Origin: a virus
Strand: one strand, 5' to 3'
Length of the DNA stretch: 64,000 nt
IMG/VR virus record: IMGVR_UViG_3300027659_000014
Coordinates: 32,001 to 96,000 of that record
Made by a program: the position numbers and the translations under genes
The notes under the pieces: model-generated
Told to the model about the DNA's origin: nothing
Databases searched by the model: none
The model's input: the letters and a program-made list of their open reading frames with translations, nothing else
Part shown: positions 46,584 through 56,530 of the stretch, piece after piece
Layout: the number at the start of each line of letters is the position of its first letter
How positions within the stretch are numbered: the stretch's first letter is position 1

Positions 46584-48339
46584 CTGTAGTTGGTTCTGCT
46601 ATTACTGTTATGTTCTGAACTCCAATATTACTTCCTTCTGGTGTTATTCTAAAAACGGTATTTACAAAAGGATAGTGTTTTCCATTTATAAACGGATAAT
46701 CAACCCCCACCCCATCATTATCAATAAAACCATACGGATATAAATCTCTCCATCTAAAACTATTTGATAAATTAGAATAAAATGAATAGTCAGGAATGTT
46801 AGATACTTTTAATGGATCTCCCTCTTCAACATATGTTGAATATTTTCTTAAAACAATTGGGTTATGTGGTTTGTAAAAATAACCAAATTGATTCGTTTGT
46901 GGTGCATTAGTGTCTATACTAAAATAAGATTGGTTGAAGGTTATTTTATGGTTGTACCTGGCAATCACTCTTTCAGTTTGTTCATAATCATTCCATTCAC
47001 AATGATCACCATCAATTAAATCTTCAGATTTAAGATTTTCATTATATAAAAACGGACCCACTATTGGTGTTGTTAAACTATTATATGTGTTAGTTAAAAT
47101 TGAAGTATTCGATAAAGGATTAAAAAAATCCCACCAAGAATTTGGTAGTGAGTTATTTAAATATAAATTAAAGTCCCAACCTTGTTTTAATGATTTTGTC
47201 CACCCAAAATACCCTTTCCATATAGTTGTAAAAAATAATTCACTTACTGGTCTATTTTGATTATCTCTTAAAGGGTTAATATCTATATCAACATTAAAGG
47301 ATAATGAATACGACTGACTTCCTTCTAAAATTGATGTTCTTGAAACATTGTTTGGTGTTAACACCGCATTTTCAAATTTACTTTTTGCGTTATATATATT
47401 TTGTTCAAACCCAGCTTTAACCATTACAGCATCTTCTGAATTTGTTAATATTTTATGAACCCTAACATAATATTTTGAAGTAGTTTCAATTTCATTACTT
47501 TTATTTATTACTCTTTTAAATGTTCCTGTATTTCCGTTATTAAATGTTGTACCAACATAACCAATATTATAAATGTTAAATATAAATTCTTCACTACCAA
47601 AAGCGTTGTCTCCTAAACTATTAATTTGGAATATGTTTGTTCCATTGTATGTTAACGATAATTTTACAAACTCCCCAACATTTAACCCATGTTTCATAGG
47701 ACATCTAAATTCAATGTTTGGTCCAAAATTATTATTACCAACATTAATTATAAATGGAATTCCATCTGAAACCATCCAAGCCCAACTTGCTGTTGTTTTT
47801 GTATCAATAGCATACATTTGTTTAGTATAGTTATTTTTATAACCATAACTAACATAATGTGTCCAATTATATGTACTAGCACTTTTATTTACAAAATTAA
47901 TATGGTTATTTGGTGGAGAAGTATATCCAACATTATTATTATCCGTTCTAATAAAATCAAATTCAAAGTATTGTGGACACCCCTCCCAAGGAACATTTGG
48001 TGTAGGAATTGATCCTGGTTGGTTTCCACCTGGAAATGTTAATATAGTATTTTCTATAGAGTTAGTGTAATATAAATTATTTTTAAATGGACTATAATTT
48101 GTTTTCCCTATATAACCATTTTTAAAAATAATAGAATATTTTGTTACAGGTCTAAAAATTGTACTTGATTCTCTTTCATCAATAAAAACTTGTTGTAAAC
48201 CTAAGTCCACATTTCTATCAAATTCAATAATTTCTTTTTCATTTTGATTTAAATCAACATTTACCGATAATACGGAATTTGGTGAAGACTTATATCTTAA
48301 CGAACCTAAAACTATTTTTGTTGTGTCATTTACTCCCAT
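46570..48339 (-). CDS. Putative structural protein (589 aa)
   Basis: Coupled within the baseplate operon. Confidence 0.65.
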   Translation of the reverse strand: MGVNDTTKIVLGSLRYKSSPNSVLSVNVDLNQNEKEIIEFDRNVDLGLQQVFIDERESSTIFRPVTKYSIIFKNGYIGKTNYSPFKNNLYYTNSIENTILTFPGGNQPGSIPTPNVPWEGCPQYFEFDFIRTDNNNVGYTSPPNNHINFVNKSASTYNWTHYVSYGYKNNYTKQMYAIDTKTTASWAWMVSDGIPFIINVGNNNFGPNIEFRCPMKHGLNVGEFVKLSLTYNGTNIFQINSLGDNAFGSEEFIFNIYNIGYVGTTFNNGNTGTFKRVINKSNEIETTSKYYVRVHKILTNSEDAVMVKAGFEQNIYNAKSKFENAVLTPNNVSRTSILEGSQSYSLSFNVDIDINPLRDNQNRPVSELFFTTIWKGYFGWTKSLKQGWDFNLYLNNSLPNSWWDFFNPLSNTSILTNTYNSLTTPIVGPFLYNENLKSEDLIDGDHCEWNDYEQTERVIARYNHKITFNQSYFSIDTNAPQTNQFGYFYKPHNPIVLRKYSTYVEEGDPLKVSNIPDYSFYSNLSNSFRWRDLYPYGFIDNDGVGVDYPFINGKHYPFVNTVFRITPEGSNIGVQNITVIAEPTTDECE

Positions 48340-51300
48340 TATATATCAGTAAAATTAACATATTTTTTTATGAATCTATTCAATGCGGTATTTCCATTAT
48401 TTAACCCAAAATAAAAATGACTAGGTGCTCCAACCAAATAAAGATTACCGTTTACCGCAAGGGGTTGACCAGGTATTGTTGGTGACGGAAGTCCTGTTGA
48501 CGCATTAAAATTAGTTATAAACCCTTGGGGTAATAGTGGTAAATTATTTCCAGGTATTAATGAAGGTGTTGTAAAATACGGATCAACACTATAATCTAAA
48601 TCTTGGTATCCTTTCTTAAAGAATCCTACCCCACCACTTTGATTAGGGGTTGTGTGCCAATTGTTTTGTTCCGAACCAAAAATTACACTAGATGATCGTA
48701 AATTCCATTTATAATGGGGTACCACTTGGGTTTTAGGATACCCATAAGCATCTTGTAATAAAGGTGAAATATTGTAAAGATCAATACCAGGTGTTAATTT
48801 TCTTCTGTAAGAATAATCAATTGGTGCTGATCTATAAAATATACCAAAAACAGATCTGCTTGGTGAGGGAGCCTGACCATCATCACCAATAAAAATATCT
48901 GAATTACCATAATTTTCATCAATAAATGGATTAATTTTATGTTCTGAATTAATTGATAATGCTTGAGCAAAATCACCGTCAATTCTATCACCACCACGCC
49001 CACTATTAAAAAACTGACTTATACCTTGACCTTCAGAATCATTTGAATCAGTACTAATAGGTATTAGTGCTTGTCTAAAATTTTCGTTTAGTATTCTAGA
49101 TAAAAAACCTATTTGTATAATGTCACCACCTTCATTATAACTTGTTGATTTAAACTGATCACCCATATATCCCTTAAAATTATCACTATTACAAATTTCA
49201 CTTATATATGAATCCCTTGGCCCCATATCTAATATTGTGGTTGGAAACATTATATTTTTTTGGTTATATCCTGCATTAACACCAAAAATATTCCAACTTG
49301 CTGGTTGTGATATTTCTTTACCAATAAATTCTTGTGAAATATCGTTCCATGGAGAACTTCTATAAAAGAAATTATTATTATTATTGTTATAAACAACAAT
49401 ATCTTTACAATAAACATAAGTAGGTGATACTATATTAGTAAGGTTGTTTGTTGGGTATAACGATCTTTTGTTAAAACTTGGCATGTATAGTGTACCATTT
49501 ATCCAGTTATTTTGAAAAGTTTGAGCAAATACCCCCCTACAAATAGCAAACACTAATGTCATTCTTGTTTTCCATTCCATAAACAATCTACGATCGTCTC
49601 TAAACGCATTTCTTATTAAATAATAATGTTTATTATTATCACTATTATCTTTATTTAATAAACAATAACAACCTTTAGTTACTCTATTTTCAGGAATAGA
49701 ACATTGGTTAGCAGGGATTACCCCTACATTAGTACCACTACCCGAATAACAATCTAAAGCAACCAATCCATCACAAGTAAGTGTTTGAGTTAATCCAGTA
49801 TTACCACTATATTGATCTAAAAATTCAGAAACATCATAAATACTAGCAAATGATGATGTCTGTTGACTATTAACACCGTTAGTTTTATAATAACAGAACT
49901 TATTGTTTTGGTGTAAAGCATATCCAGTTCTATCTCCAGGTGCGGGATCAATACAAGTGGATGTAGGTAATCTGTCACTTCTCATAACAATATTAGCTGA
50001 GTTACTAAAATCAACACCTAACAAGGAAGTGTCTTTAAAATAAGCTGGTGAATATAACGCAAAATAATTGTTTACATTGGTTGGCCAACCATAGTCCTCT
50101 TTTTCACTAACTTCACCCACAAAAACTCCATTTATAGAGTACGAATAATTAAAAGACGCAGCAATAAAAGGACCTCCACCTATATAGTCTGTTTGATTTC
50201 TAGGTAAAGTATAATTACTAATTGGTGATAATAAATAAGGATTTATATCTAAAGCTTGTTTTGTTTGAAATCCTGATACTGGAACATATGTGTTTACAAA
50301 TGACGATGTCTCATCTGTTGATAAATAGTAATACGGTAATGTAGACGTGAAACCTGTATAATTATTAGGATTAACCGAAGGTGGCGTAATTGTAAACGTA
50401 AATGAAGGGAAATATAAATTGGTGAACGTATTTGTTGGTGTATTATGTGTCAATGGTGTTTGACCAACAGGTTTTATTGGTTGATTTAAATAATATTTAC
50501 CTCTTATTTTTAAATTTGCTTGTGGTGTTGTATATCCTAATATTTTTGATATATCATATTCTATTGTTTGTTTTTCGGTATGTGGATCAACACCTCTAAC
50601 AAACATTAATACCTCATAATTTGCCGAATTAGATAATGAATCAAGACAATCATAATCATTTGCCCGTATAGAAGCCACCCCACTTTCATTATTATAAGTT
50701 TGTCCATTAACAAAAGGGGGTGGGGTAATAGGGCTGGAGTTATTAAAACTATTAAAGACCCCGAAAAGAAACGGTACAAAATAAGTTAATTCACAAGGAT
50801 CGGTAATAACATATTGAATTTGGTGTCTTAAATATTTTTTTGGAAATAAATTTAGATTTGTAGTATTAGCTAATAAATTAAAATTAGAAATGGAAATTCC
50901 TGTTATTACTTGAAAATATTCAACATCTGTTGGATATTTTAAATAATCATCTTTACTTAGATCAGTTATTGTGTCACCAGTTTGAAGTATGTTGATAGTT
51001 GAAAAAAGTGGCATACTTGGGTTGGTTGGGTTAGCATATGTAATAGTTGTTGAGATTGGAGCAATATTAGATGTAGTATTTGGTGCTGCAGATAATGATG
51101 TTGTTCCTGTTACCGAGTTATTACCAAATGCGTTTTCCGTTGCACCAGTTAAATTTATATTTCTTGGGATTAGTTGTCCATTGTTAAAATTATTATCCTG
51201 AAATGTTACAAGTTCTCCAATCCCTAAAGTTTGTGCTGTTCCGGCATTTGCCAAAACAACAATTATTTGATCTGTAAATGAGTCCTGAGTCCCTAAATTA

Positions 51301-54059
51301 TAAGGCGCCACCTCCAACTGAGGGTTTACCGTAGTGGTTATTATATTTGGTCCTCCACCGGGACCAGTAGTATCAAAATATTTATCTCTAGTGTTAAACT
51401 CATTTAATTTTTGTGGGTAGGTTTCTTTTGTTGGGTATCCAAACCATCTTTGGTCATTATTTCCACCCCCAGAAATTCTTTCAGCAGCAAATAAGAATGG
51501 TTGTGGTGCGTGGTATTTTTTAAAATCCAAAGTTCCTGGTGTTATTATATCAGTACCTGAAAATAATCTTCTAAAATCAATTACCGCATTTATAACAACA
51601 TCACCATCTATCTGTTGATCCACAACTCGATTTATTAATGATTTATATTGGCACTGTCCTAAACCAAAACCAATACTTGTTGGGCAATAAAAATATCCCT
51701 TAGAATTTGCATCCGAGTCTTCCTCCGGAAAGTTGTCAAAATTTGGGTGTGGTACGTTATATGACGCCGATAAATTTACAGGAGCAATAAATGATGATGA
51801 CTGTGCATATGTTATTCCACTATCATCTAACCCACTTTGTTGTGCAGCAATATCAGCATTAACAGAGTTGGCATCAATATCATCATCAATTTCTGCGTTT
51901 CCACAATCACAATCACAACTTGTACATTCTGGATAAGACAACATTGGTAATCCAAATCTTGGGAAATCTGTTATTCTTATTAAATAAATTAGAGTAAATG
52001 CTGCAAAAGATAACCCTAACGCTAGTTTAAAAAGAAGTTTTGCATAATACAAAGCAATTTGTAATATGTCACCCGCACTAAATACAGGTCCTCCAGGAAC
52101 GGCAACAGTGGAAGTCGATGAAATAATCCAATTTGTTAATTGAATCCCATCCGATATCGCTTCATAAGCAAAATAAAGTCCTAAAACAATTAATAAATAT
52201 TTTAAAACAGGCCAAATAAATGCAATAAAATGCATAAGCCATAATATGATTATAAAAGGTATTGCCAATATATTGATTAATAGATTAAATATAAAAAACA
52301 AACTATCAAAATTTTTAATTATATCATTAACCGGAAATGTGTTAGTTGTGGACTTACATTGTCTATCATCAATTTCTTTAATTCCTAAGTGTTTTGCTCT
52401 TCCAACTCCTCTTTTATACCTATCCAAAAACATTGATGTGGTATAAACTTTATTATAATTAAATTCATAGAACTTATCTTCACAATTAATCGCGTCTTGT
52501 ATTATTTGTTGACCTGCGGTTGTAGTATTATCTCCATAATCATTCCAATCCACACTAAAAGCATAAGACCTTAAAGCATCAAAAGTTGGTTGTTGGTAAA
52601 ACGTATAATTAATTTGGGTTAGGGTTCCAGGATTTATAGGAACTACATTTATTATTATAATTGTATTAATAACGGTAATTGGAATACTTTCTAAATCACC
52701 AAAATATAGGACATTATTTAATAAAATTGAAAAACTTTCAACGTTAGTTTTAAAATCTAAAGCTAAACCACCTGTTGATGTATTATTTAGAGGATATGTA
52801 AAAGTAACCGTACCATTTGGTATTGTAATTAGATGTGGCGTAGTTGGGAAATTTATCAATGGGTCAAAGTTTGATAATATCCATCCGTGTTCTTTAATAT
52901 TTGGAACAAGAAAATGTCCTCTTTGAAATGGATTTTGCAAACCTTGTTCATTTTGCCATTTAAATTTAAATCTATATTTTCCTTTTGTTGGTAGACCTTT
53001 ATTAGGGTCATCAGATAAAACTTGTTCCCCAAATTCATTGGTTATAATATAATTTAAATTCATTGGGACATTTACTAAAAATGTACCATCCGAATCAATA
53101 ACTTTTCCTCCTTCAATTAACGAATAAGATTCAAGAATTGGTCTACCAACTGTATCAAGATTAATGGTTTGTCTAATCGCAACTATTTCTCCGGGTCCTG
53201 CAACTAATTCACATAAATTTCCAGTATTATTTCTTGGTGAGCAACTAACTCTAACCGCATCATCGTTTGTAGTCGAAATTAATGACCCCATAAATACTGC
53301 TGTTGGTTGTATATTAATATTTAGATTTGCCGTCAAATCAAAGTCAGATCTAGTTATTCCTAATAAACAAATTTCAGGTTCACCCCATAATGGTGATACC
53401 TCAATAATTTTATTTAAACTAACAATTTGTGGTAACTCATTTAAATTTGTTGATTTTTTAAATCTAGACCCATCAACCTGTGAATCAACAGCAATACCAA
53501 TATCTAATAAATCTTGTGGTGATAACGAAAAACAACCAATATCAGATAAATCAACGTCCATTAATATTGTTTGAGTACCTGTTGGTACTCCAAATATCAT
53601 GTAATCACCACTTTCATTTGTTCTTACTGAGAATTTATAGTATTTATCGTATACCTCAACATATGATTGATCTGTAAGGATTTCTGTTTTTGATGGAAAA
53701 TTTCCTGTTGCACTGTGTCCATTATATGATGGTTCTTTCGGTAATAGGTTATATCTATACCCATCTTCATTTATGTCAGAAATTGTTTTATAAGGGTATA
53801 ATTCAGAAATTATTGGGTTTTCTAAATCTAAATCACTAATAGGAATAAAAACAGATACCCGAGCATTTGGGACTCCAAATCCATTATTAACAATAACTCT
53901 ACCAACAACTACCCCATAATCGGAGCACATTCTATTATAGATTTCGCCTTGGTTAATTTTTAAAGATAATATCTCTAAAAACTCAAAGTCCTGTTCTAAT
54001 TGAATGTTGATAGTTTTTTCACTACCAGGGGTAGTTCGTATTCTATATGATTTTGGCAT
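48339..54059 (-). CDS. Giant baseplate-associated protein (1906 aa) with internal TM segments
   Basis: N-term carboxypeptidase-regulatory-like GVVVGRV...GVPNARVSVF; hydrophobic block at about aa 585-695; TATTTAT motif at 54076-54082. Confidence 0.65.
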   Translation of the reverse strand: MPKSYRIRTTPGSEKTINIQLEQDFEFLEILSLKINQGEIYNRMCSDYGVVVGRVIVNNGFGVPNARVSVFIPISDLDLENPIISELYPYKTISDINEDGYRYNLLPKEPSYNGHSATGNFPSKTEILTDQSYVEVYDKYYKFSVRTNESGDYMIFGVPTGTQTILMDVDLSDIGCFSLSPQDLLDIGIAVDSQVDGSRFKKSTNLNELPQIVSLNKIIEVSPLWGEPEICLLGITRSDFDLTANLNINIQPTAVFMGSLISTTNDDAVRVSCSPRNNTGNLCELVAGPGEIVAIRQTINLDTVGRPILESYSLIEGGKVIDSDGTFLVNVPMNLNYIITNEFGEQVLSDDPNKGLPTKGKYRFKFKWQNEQGLQNPFQRGHFLVPNIKEHGWILSNFDPLINFPTTPHLITIPNGTVTFTYPLNNTSTGGLALDFKTNVESFSILLNNVLYFGDLESIPITVINTIIIINVVPINPGTLTQINYTFYQQPTFDALRSYAFSVDWNDYGDNTTTAGQQIIQDAINCEDKFYEFNYNKVYTTSMFLDRYKRGVGRAKHLGIKEIDDRQCKSTTNTFPVNDIIKNFDSLFFIFNLLINILAIPFIIILWLMHFIAFIWPVLKYLLIVLGLYFAYEAISDGIQLTNWIISSTSTVAVPGGPVFSAGDILQIALYYAKLLFKLALGLSFAAFTLIYLIRITDFPRFGLPMLSYPECTSCDCDCGNAEIDDDIDANSVNADIAAQQSGLDDSGITYAQSSSFIAPVNLSASYNVPHPNFDNFPEEDSDANSKGYFYCPTSIGFGLGQCQYKSLINRVVDQQIDGDVVINAVIDFRRLFSGTDIITPGTLDFKKYHAPQPFLFAAERISGGGNNDQRWFGYPTKETYPQKLNEFNTRDKYFDTTGPGGGPNIITTTVNPQLEVAPYNLGTQDSFTDQIIVVLANAGTAQTLGIGELVTFQDNNFNNGQLIPRNINLTGATENAFGNNSVTGTTSLSAAPNTTSNIAPISTTITYANPTNPSMPLFSTINILQTGDTITDLSKDDYLKYPTDVEYFQVITGISISNFNLLANTTNLNLFPKKYLRHQIQYVITDPCELTYFVPFLFGVFNSFNNSSPITPPPFVNGQTYNNESGVASIRANDYDCLDSLSNSANYEVLMFVRGVDPHTEKQTIEYDISKILGYTTPQANLKIRGKYYLNQPIKPVGQTPLTHNTPTNTFTNLYFPSFTFTITPPSVNPNNYTGFTSTLPYYYLSTDETSSFVNTYVPVSGFQTKQALDINPYLLSPISNYTLPRNQTDYIGGGPFIAASFNYSYSINGVFVGEVSEKEDYGWPTNVNNYFALYSPAYFKDTSLLGVDFSNSANIVMRSDRLPTSTCIDPAPGDRTGYALHQNNKFCYYKTNGVNSQQTSSFASIYDVSEFLDQYSGNTGLTQTLTCDGLVALDCYSGSGTNVGVIPANQCSIPENRVTKGCYCLLNKDNSDNNKHYYLIRNAFRDDRRLFMEWKTRMTLVFAICRGVFAQTFQNNWINGTLYMPSFNKRSLYPTNNLTNIVSPTYVYCKDIVVYNNNNNNFFYRSSPWNDISQEFIGKEISQPASWNIFGVNAGYNQKNIMFPTTILDMGPRDSYISEICNSDNFKGYMGDQFKSTSYNEGGDIIQIGFLSRILNENFRQALIPISTDSNDSEGQGISQFFNSGRGGDRIDGDFAQALSINSEHKINPFIDENYGNSDIFIGDDGQAPSPSRSVFGIFYRSAPIDYSYRRKLTPGIDLYNISPLLQDAYGYPKTQVVPHYKWNLRSSSVIFGSEQNNWHTTPNQSGGVGFFKKGYQDLDYSVDPYFTTPSLIPGNNLPLLPQGFITNFNASTGLPSPTIPGQPLAVNGNLYLVGAPSHFYFGLNNGNTALNRFIKKYVNFTDI

Positions 54060-54132
54060 TAATTACTCTTTTTTGATAAATAGTTTATTTCCTATTTTCA
54101 AAAAATAATTCTTTTATTCAAAAAATAAATTA

Positions 54133-55971
54133 TCAAGAGAAATTAATTGTTTTTAAATTAAGAACATTAACGGTAATGTCTTTGTTTGGATACCTAATTT
54201 GATATATTTGAGTTGGTTCTGCAAATATTGTATCGGCAATTAATTTAATCATATTTGTTGATGGATCTTCATATGCTTGTGAAGTTTGGGAAGATGAATA
54301 TTGTCCCCCAACTTTATTATAAATGAATATTCCCGAAACAGAAATAATACCATTTTCACTCTGTATTAATCTTCTAATTTCAGAAACATAAACATTTTGA
54401 CCTAACCCCCTAACAGTTGGACTAAAATATTGTGTAACAATATTAATAATTTTAGCAACAACTGACCCTTGATTTTGACTTGAGTCTAAAACAACATCTA
54501 CATCAACACTTAAATCTATTACATTAGCCGTCTCAACGGATATGTAATCGTTTATCATCCTATAATTTGATAGATAGTTTGCAACATTACTTTTAAGTGT
54601 GTTAGAAATAACTTCTGTTAGATTACCATTAGTGTCGTAGGATAACATTTTAATTTTTATTTTATTATTTTCTTCAACAATAGATACTTTACCCGGTGCA
54701 CCAAATTGAGACGGCATAGTTCTTAATACCGACTCATAATCATTTATTGTAACCGCTCTGTTTTGTGCGGAAAAATTATAAGATACATATTGCCTTACTT
54801 CCTCAGTTGTTGGTGGATTAGCTCCCCCAATTGCTGCGGTAACATTATTAACTCTAAGTGAATTAACTACCGTTGAGTTAATTGATTCTGAGGGTCCGTT
54901 AACAAAAAACGAAACTGTTCCAATCTGTGTAATAATGTTAACACCTAAATTGGTTGATTGTCCTCCCCCAACACGATATTGTATAAATAATGTTGAATTT
55001 GGCTTTAATGTACTACCTAAAGCTAAATTATTAACATATTTGTTAAGATCAAATCCAACACCGTCTCTTGCAAATTCTCTCAATTGTTCATCAGCTGAAA
55101 CATTTCCACCACCAAAAGTCATTTTAGTATAACCTTCTGGAGTATACTCACTAATAAATTTAGTATTTGTAACAATGTATTTACCAACTTTAATTCCAGG
55201 TTGATCTGATGGTTTTGTCGGGTCTTCAACAAAAACTCTGTCTTCCGCCAATGCCTTTACTTCATACCATCTATTTAATAACGACATAAATTCTTGTGTT
55301 TCCGGTGGAGAAGTATATTGTGTCCCGTCTTTAAGTAAGACACTGGTTATACCTAAAACATTTTTTTCAGGTAAAAATAATTCAAAAAATGGTTTTACAT
55401 CATTTGGTGTAATAACTCTTTTAAAAACTTTTGTTATACCATTAACAATAACCTCTCTTTTTGTTATTGTGTAATTAGTAATATTATTATTTGCGTCAAA
55501 ATTTGGAATTTTTAATCTGTTTGGTGATCCTTCGGCATTTGTTGGTGATGAAAAATCAATATCATATACTGTTTCAAATGGTTGTCCAGCTCCATTAACC
55601 TGAGACCCTCTTCTTAAAACTCCACAATATCTTAAATCTTCTCTATCTCCAAAAGCTGGAACTGTTATTGAAAAGTCTACTAATGCAACCGAAGGTCTTG
55701 ATCCAGGTATTTTTAAACCATAAGTTTTGGCAATATTATAAATAGATGACTTTTGTTGTGCGTATTGTAATACTGTTTCTTGTATACTTCTATCAATCTG
55801 AAATTGTAAGTTATCAGTTACCGCAGCGTTTAAATCCAATAATACCGAAAATACTCCAGCATCATTAAAATTTTGTACTAAGTCGGGATAATAAGATCTT
55901 GTAAAGTTTATTAATTCAGTTCTTATTCCTGCGAAGTCTCTAGTTGTGTAAGATATTTTTTTATTTGCCAT
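54133..55971 (-). CDS. Baseplate wedge subunit (T4 gp6 / baseplate-J-like)
   Basis: YTTRDFAGIRTELI, IAKTYG, FGGG, YRVGGG..TN, GGA.P.T.EEVR, AQNRAVTINDY. Confidence 0.9.
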   Translation of the reverse strand: MANKKISYTTRDFAGIRTELINFTRSYYPDLVQNFNDAGVFSVLLDLNAAVTDNLQFQIDRSIQETVLQYAQQKSSIYNIAKTYGLKIPGSRPSVALVDFSITVPAFGDREDLRYCGVLRRGSQVNGAGQPFETVYDIDFSSPTNAEGSPNRLKIPNFDANNNITNYTITKREVIVNGITKVFKRVITPNDVKPFFELFLPEKNVLGITSVLLKDGTQYTSPPETQEFMSLLNRWYEVKALAEDRVFVEDPTKPSDQPGIKVGKYIVTNTKFISEYTPEGYTKMTFGGGNVSADEQLREFARDGVGFDLNKYVNNLALGSTLKPNSTLFIQYRVGGGQSTNLGVNIITQIGTVSFFVNGPSESINSTVVNSLRVNNVTAAIGGANPPTTEEVRQYVSYNFSAQNRAVTINDYESVLRTMPSQFGAPGKVSIVEENNKIKIKMLSYDTNGNLTEVISNTLKSNVANYLSNYRMINDYISVETANVIDLSVDVDVVLDSSQNQGSVVAKIINIVTQYFSPTVRGLGQNVYVSEIRRLIQSENGIISVSGIFIYNKVGGQYSSSQTSQAYEDPSTNMIKLIADTIFAEPTQIYQIRYPNKDITVNVLNLKTINFS

Positions 55972-55977
55972 ATACTA

Positions 55978-56436
55978 TTAAATATTAATAATTAAAAAAT
56001 CACTTGAGTTAAATGCATTATTAGTATTTTTGTAATCAATTCTAACTTTTGCGGTATGTTCTAACTGTGATATATTTGGTACCGTAAATTCTTTTTCCCC
56101 ATATTGATTTACATATGTTCCTTGATTTTGGTCTTCTTTTGATGCATCTGTTATCTTAATGTTTGTTATTAAGATCCCTGGCATATATTTACTAACAGAA
56201 TCCCTTATTTCATTTTCAATTTCACTAAATGTTGGTCCGTCTAAAGGTTCAAAAAGATATTCGTATAATCTAGATCCAAAATCAGGTAAAAAATATCTTG
56301 TTCCCTTTTTACTTAATAATAAGTGTACAAGATTACTTCTTATTTCTTCATCACTATCATTAGAGGTATCTAAATATCTACCAACGAACGAATCCCTAAA
56401 CGGGAAACTTAAACCATATGTTATTCCATTTGCCAT
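55978..56436 (-). CDS. Baseplate gp25-like protein
   Basis: IRSNLVHLLLSKKGTRYFLPDFGSRLYEYLFEP. Confidence 0.92.
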   Translation of the reverse strand: MANGITYGLSFPFRDSFVGRYLDTSNDSDEEIRSNLVHLLLSKKGTRYFLPDFGSRLYEYLFEPLDGPTFSEIENEIRDSVSKYMPGILITNIKITDASKEDQNQGTYVNQYGEKEFTVPNISQLEHTAKVRIDYKNTNNAFNSSDFLIINI

Positions 56437-56484
56437 ATCTAATAAATATAAGGTTAAGAATTTTTGATTAAATAGATATAAAAT

Positions 56485-56515
56485 AAAAAATCACGACTTT
56501 TGCCGTGATTTTTTT
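56485..56515 (-). terminator. Rho-independent terminator after nrdA
   Basis: Minus strand AUCACGGC-AAAA-GUCGUGAU flanked by A and U runs. Confidence 0.85.
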
Positions 56516-56530
56516 AAATAGTGATTTATT

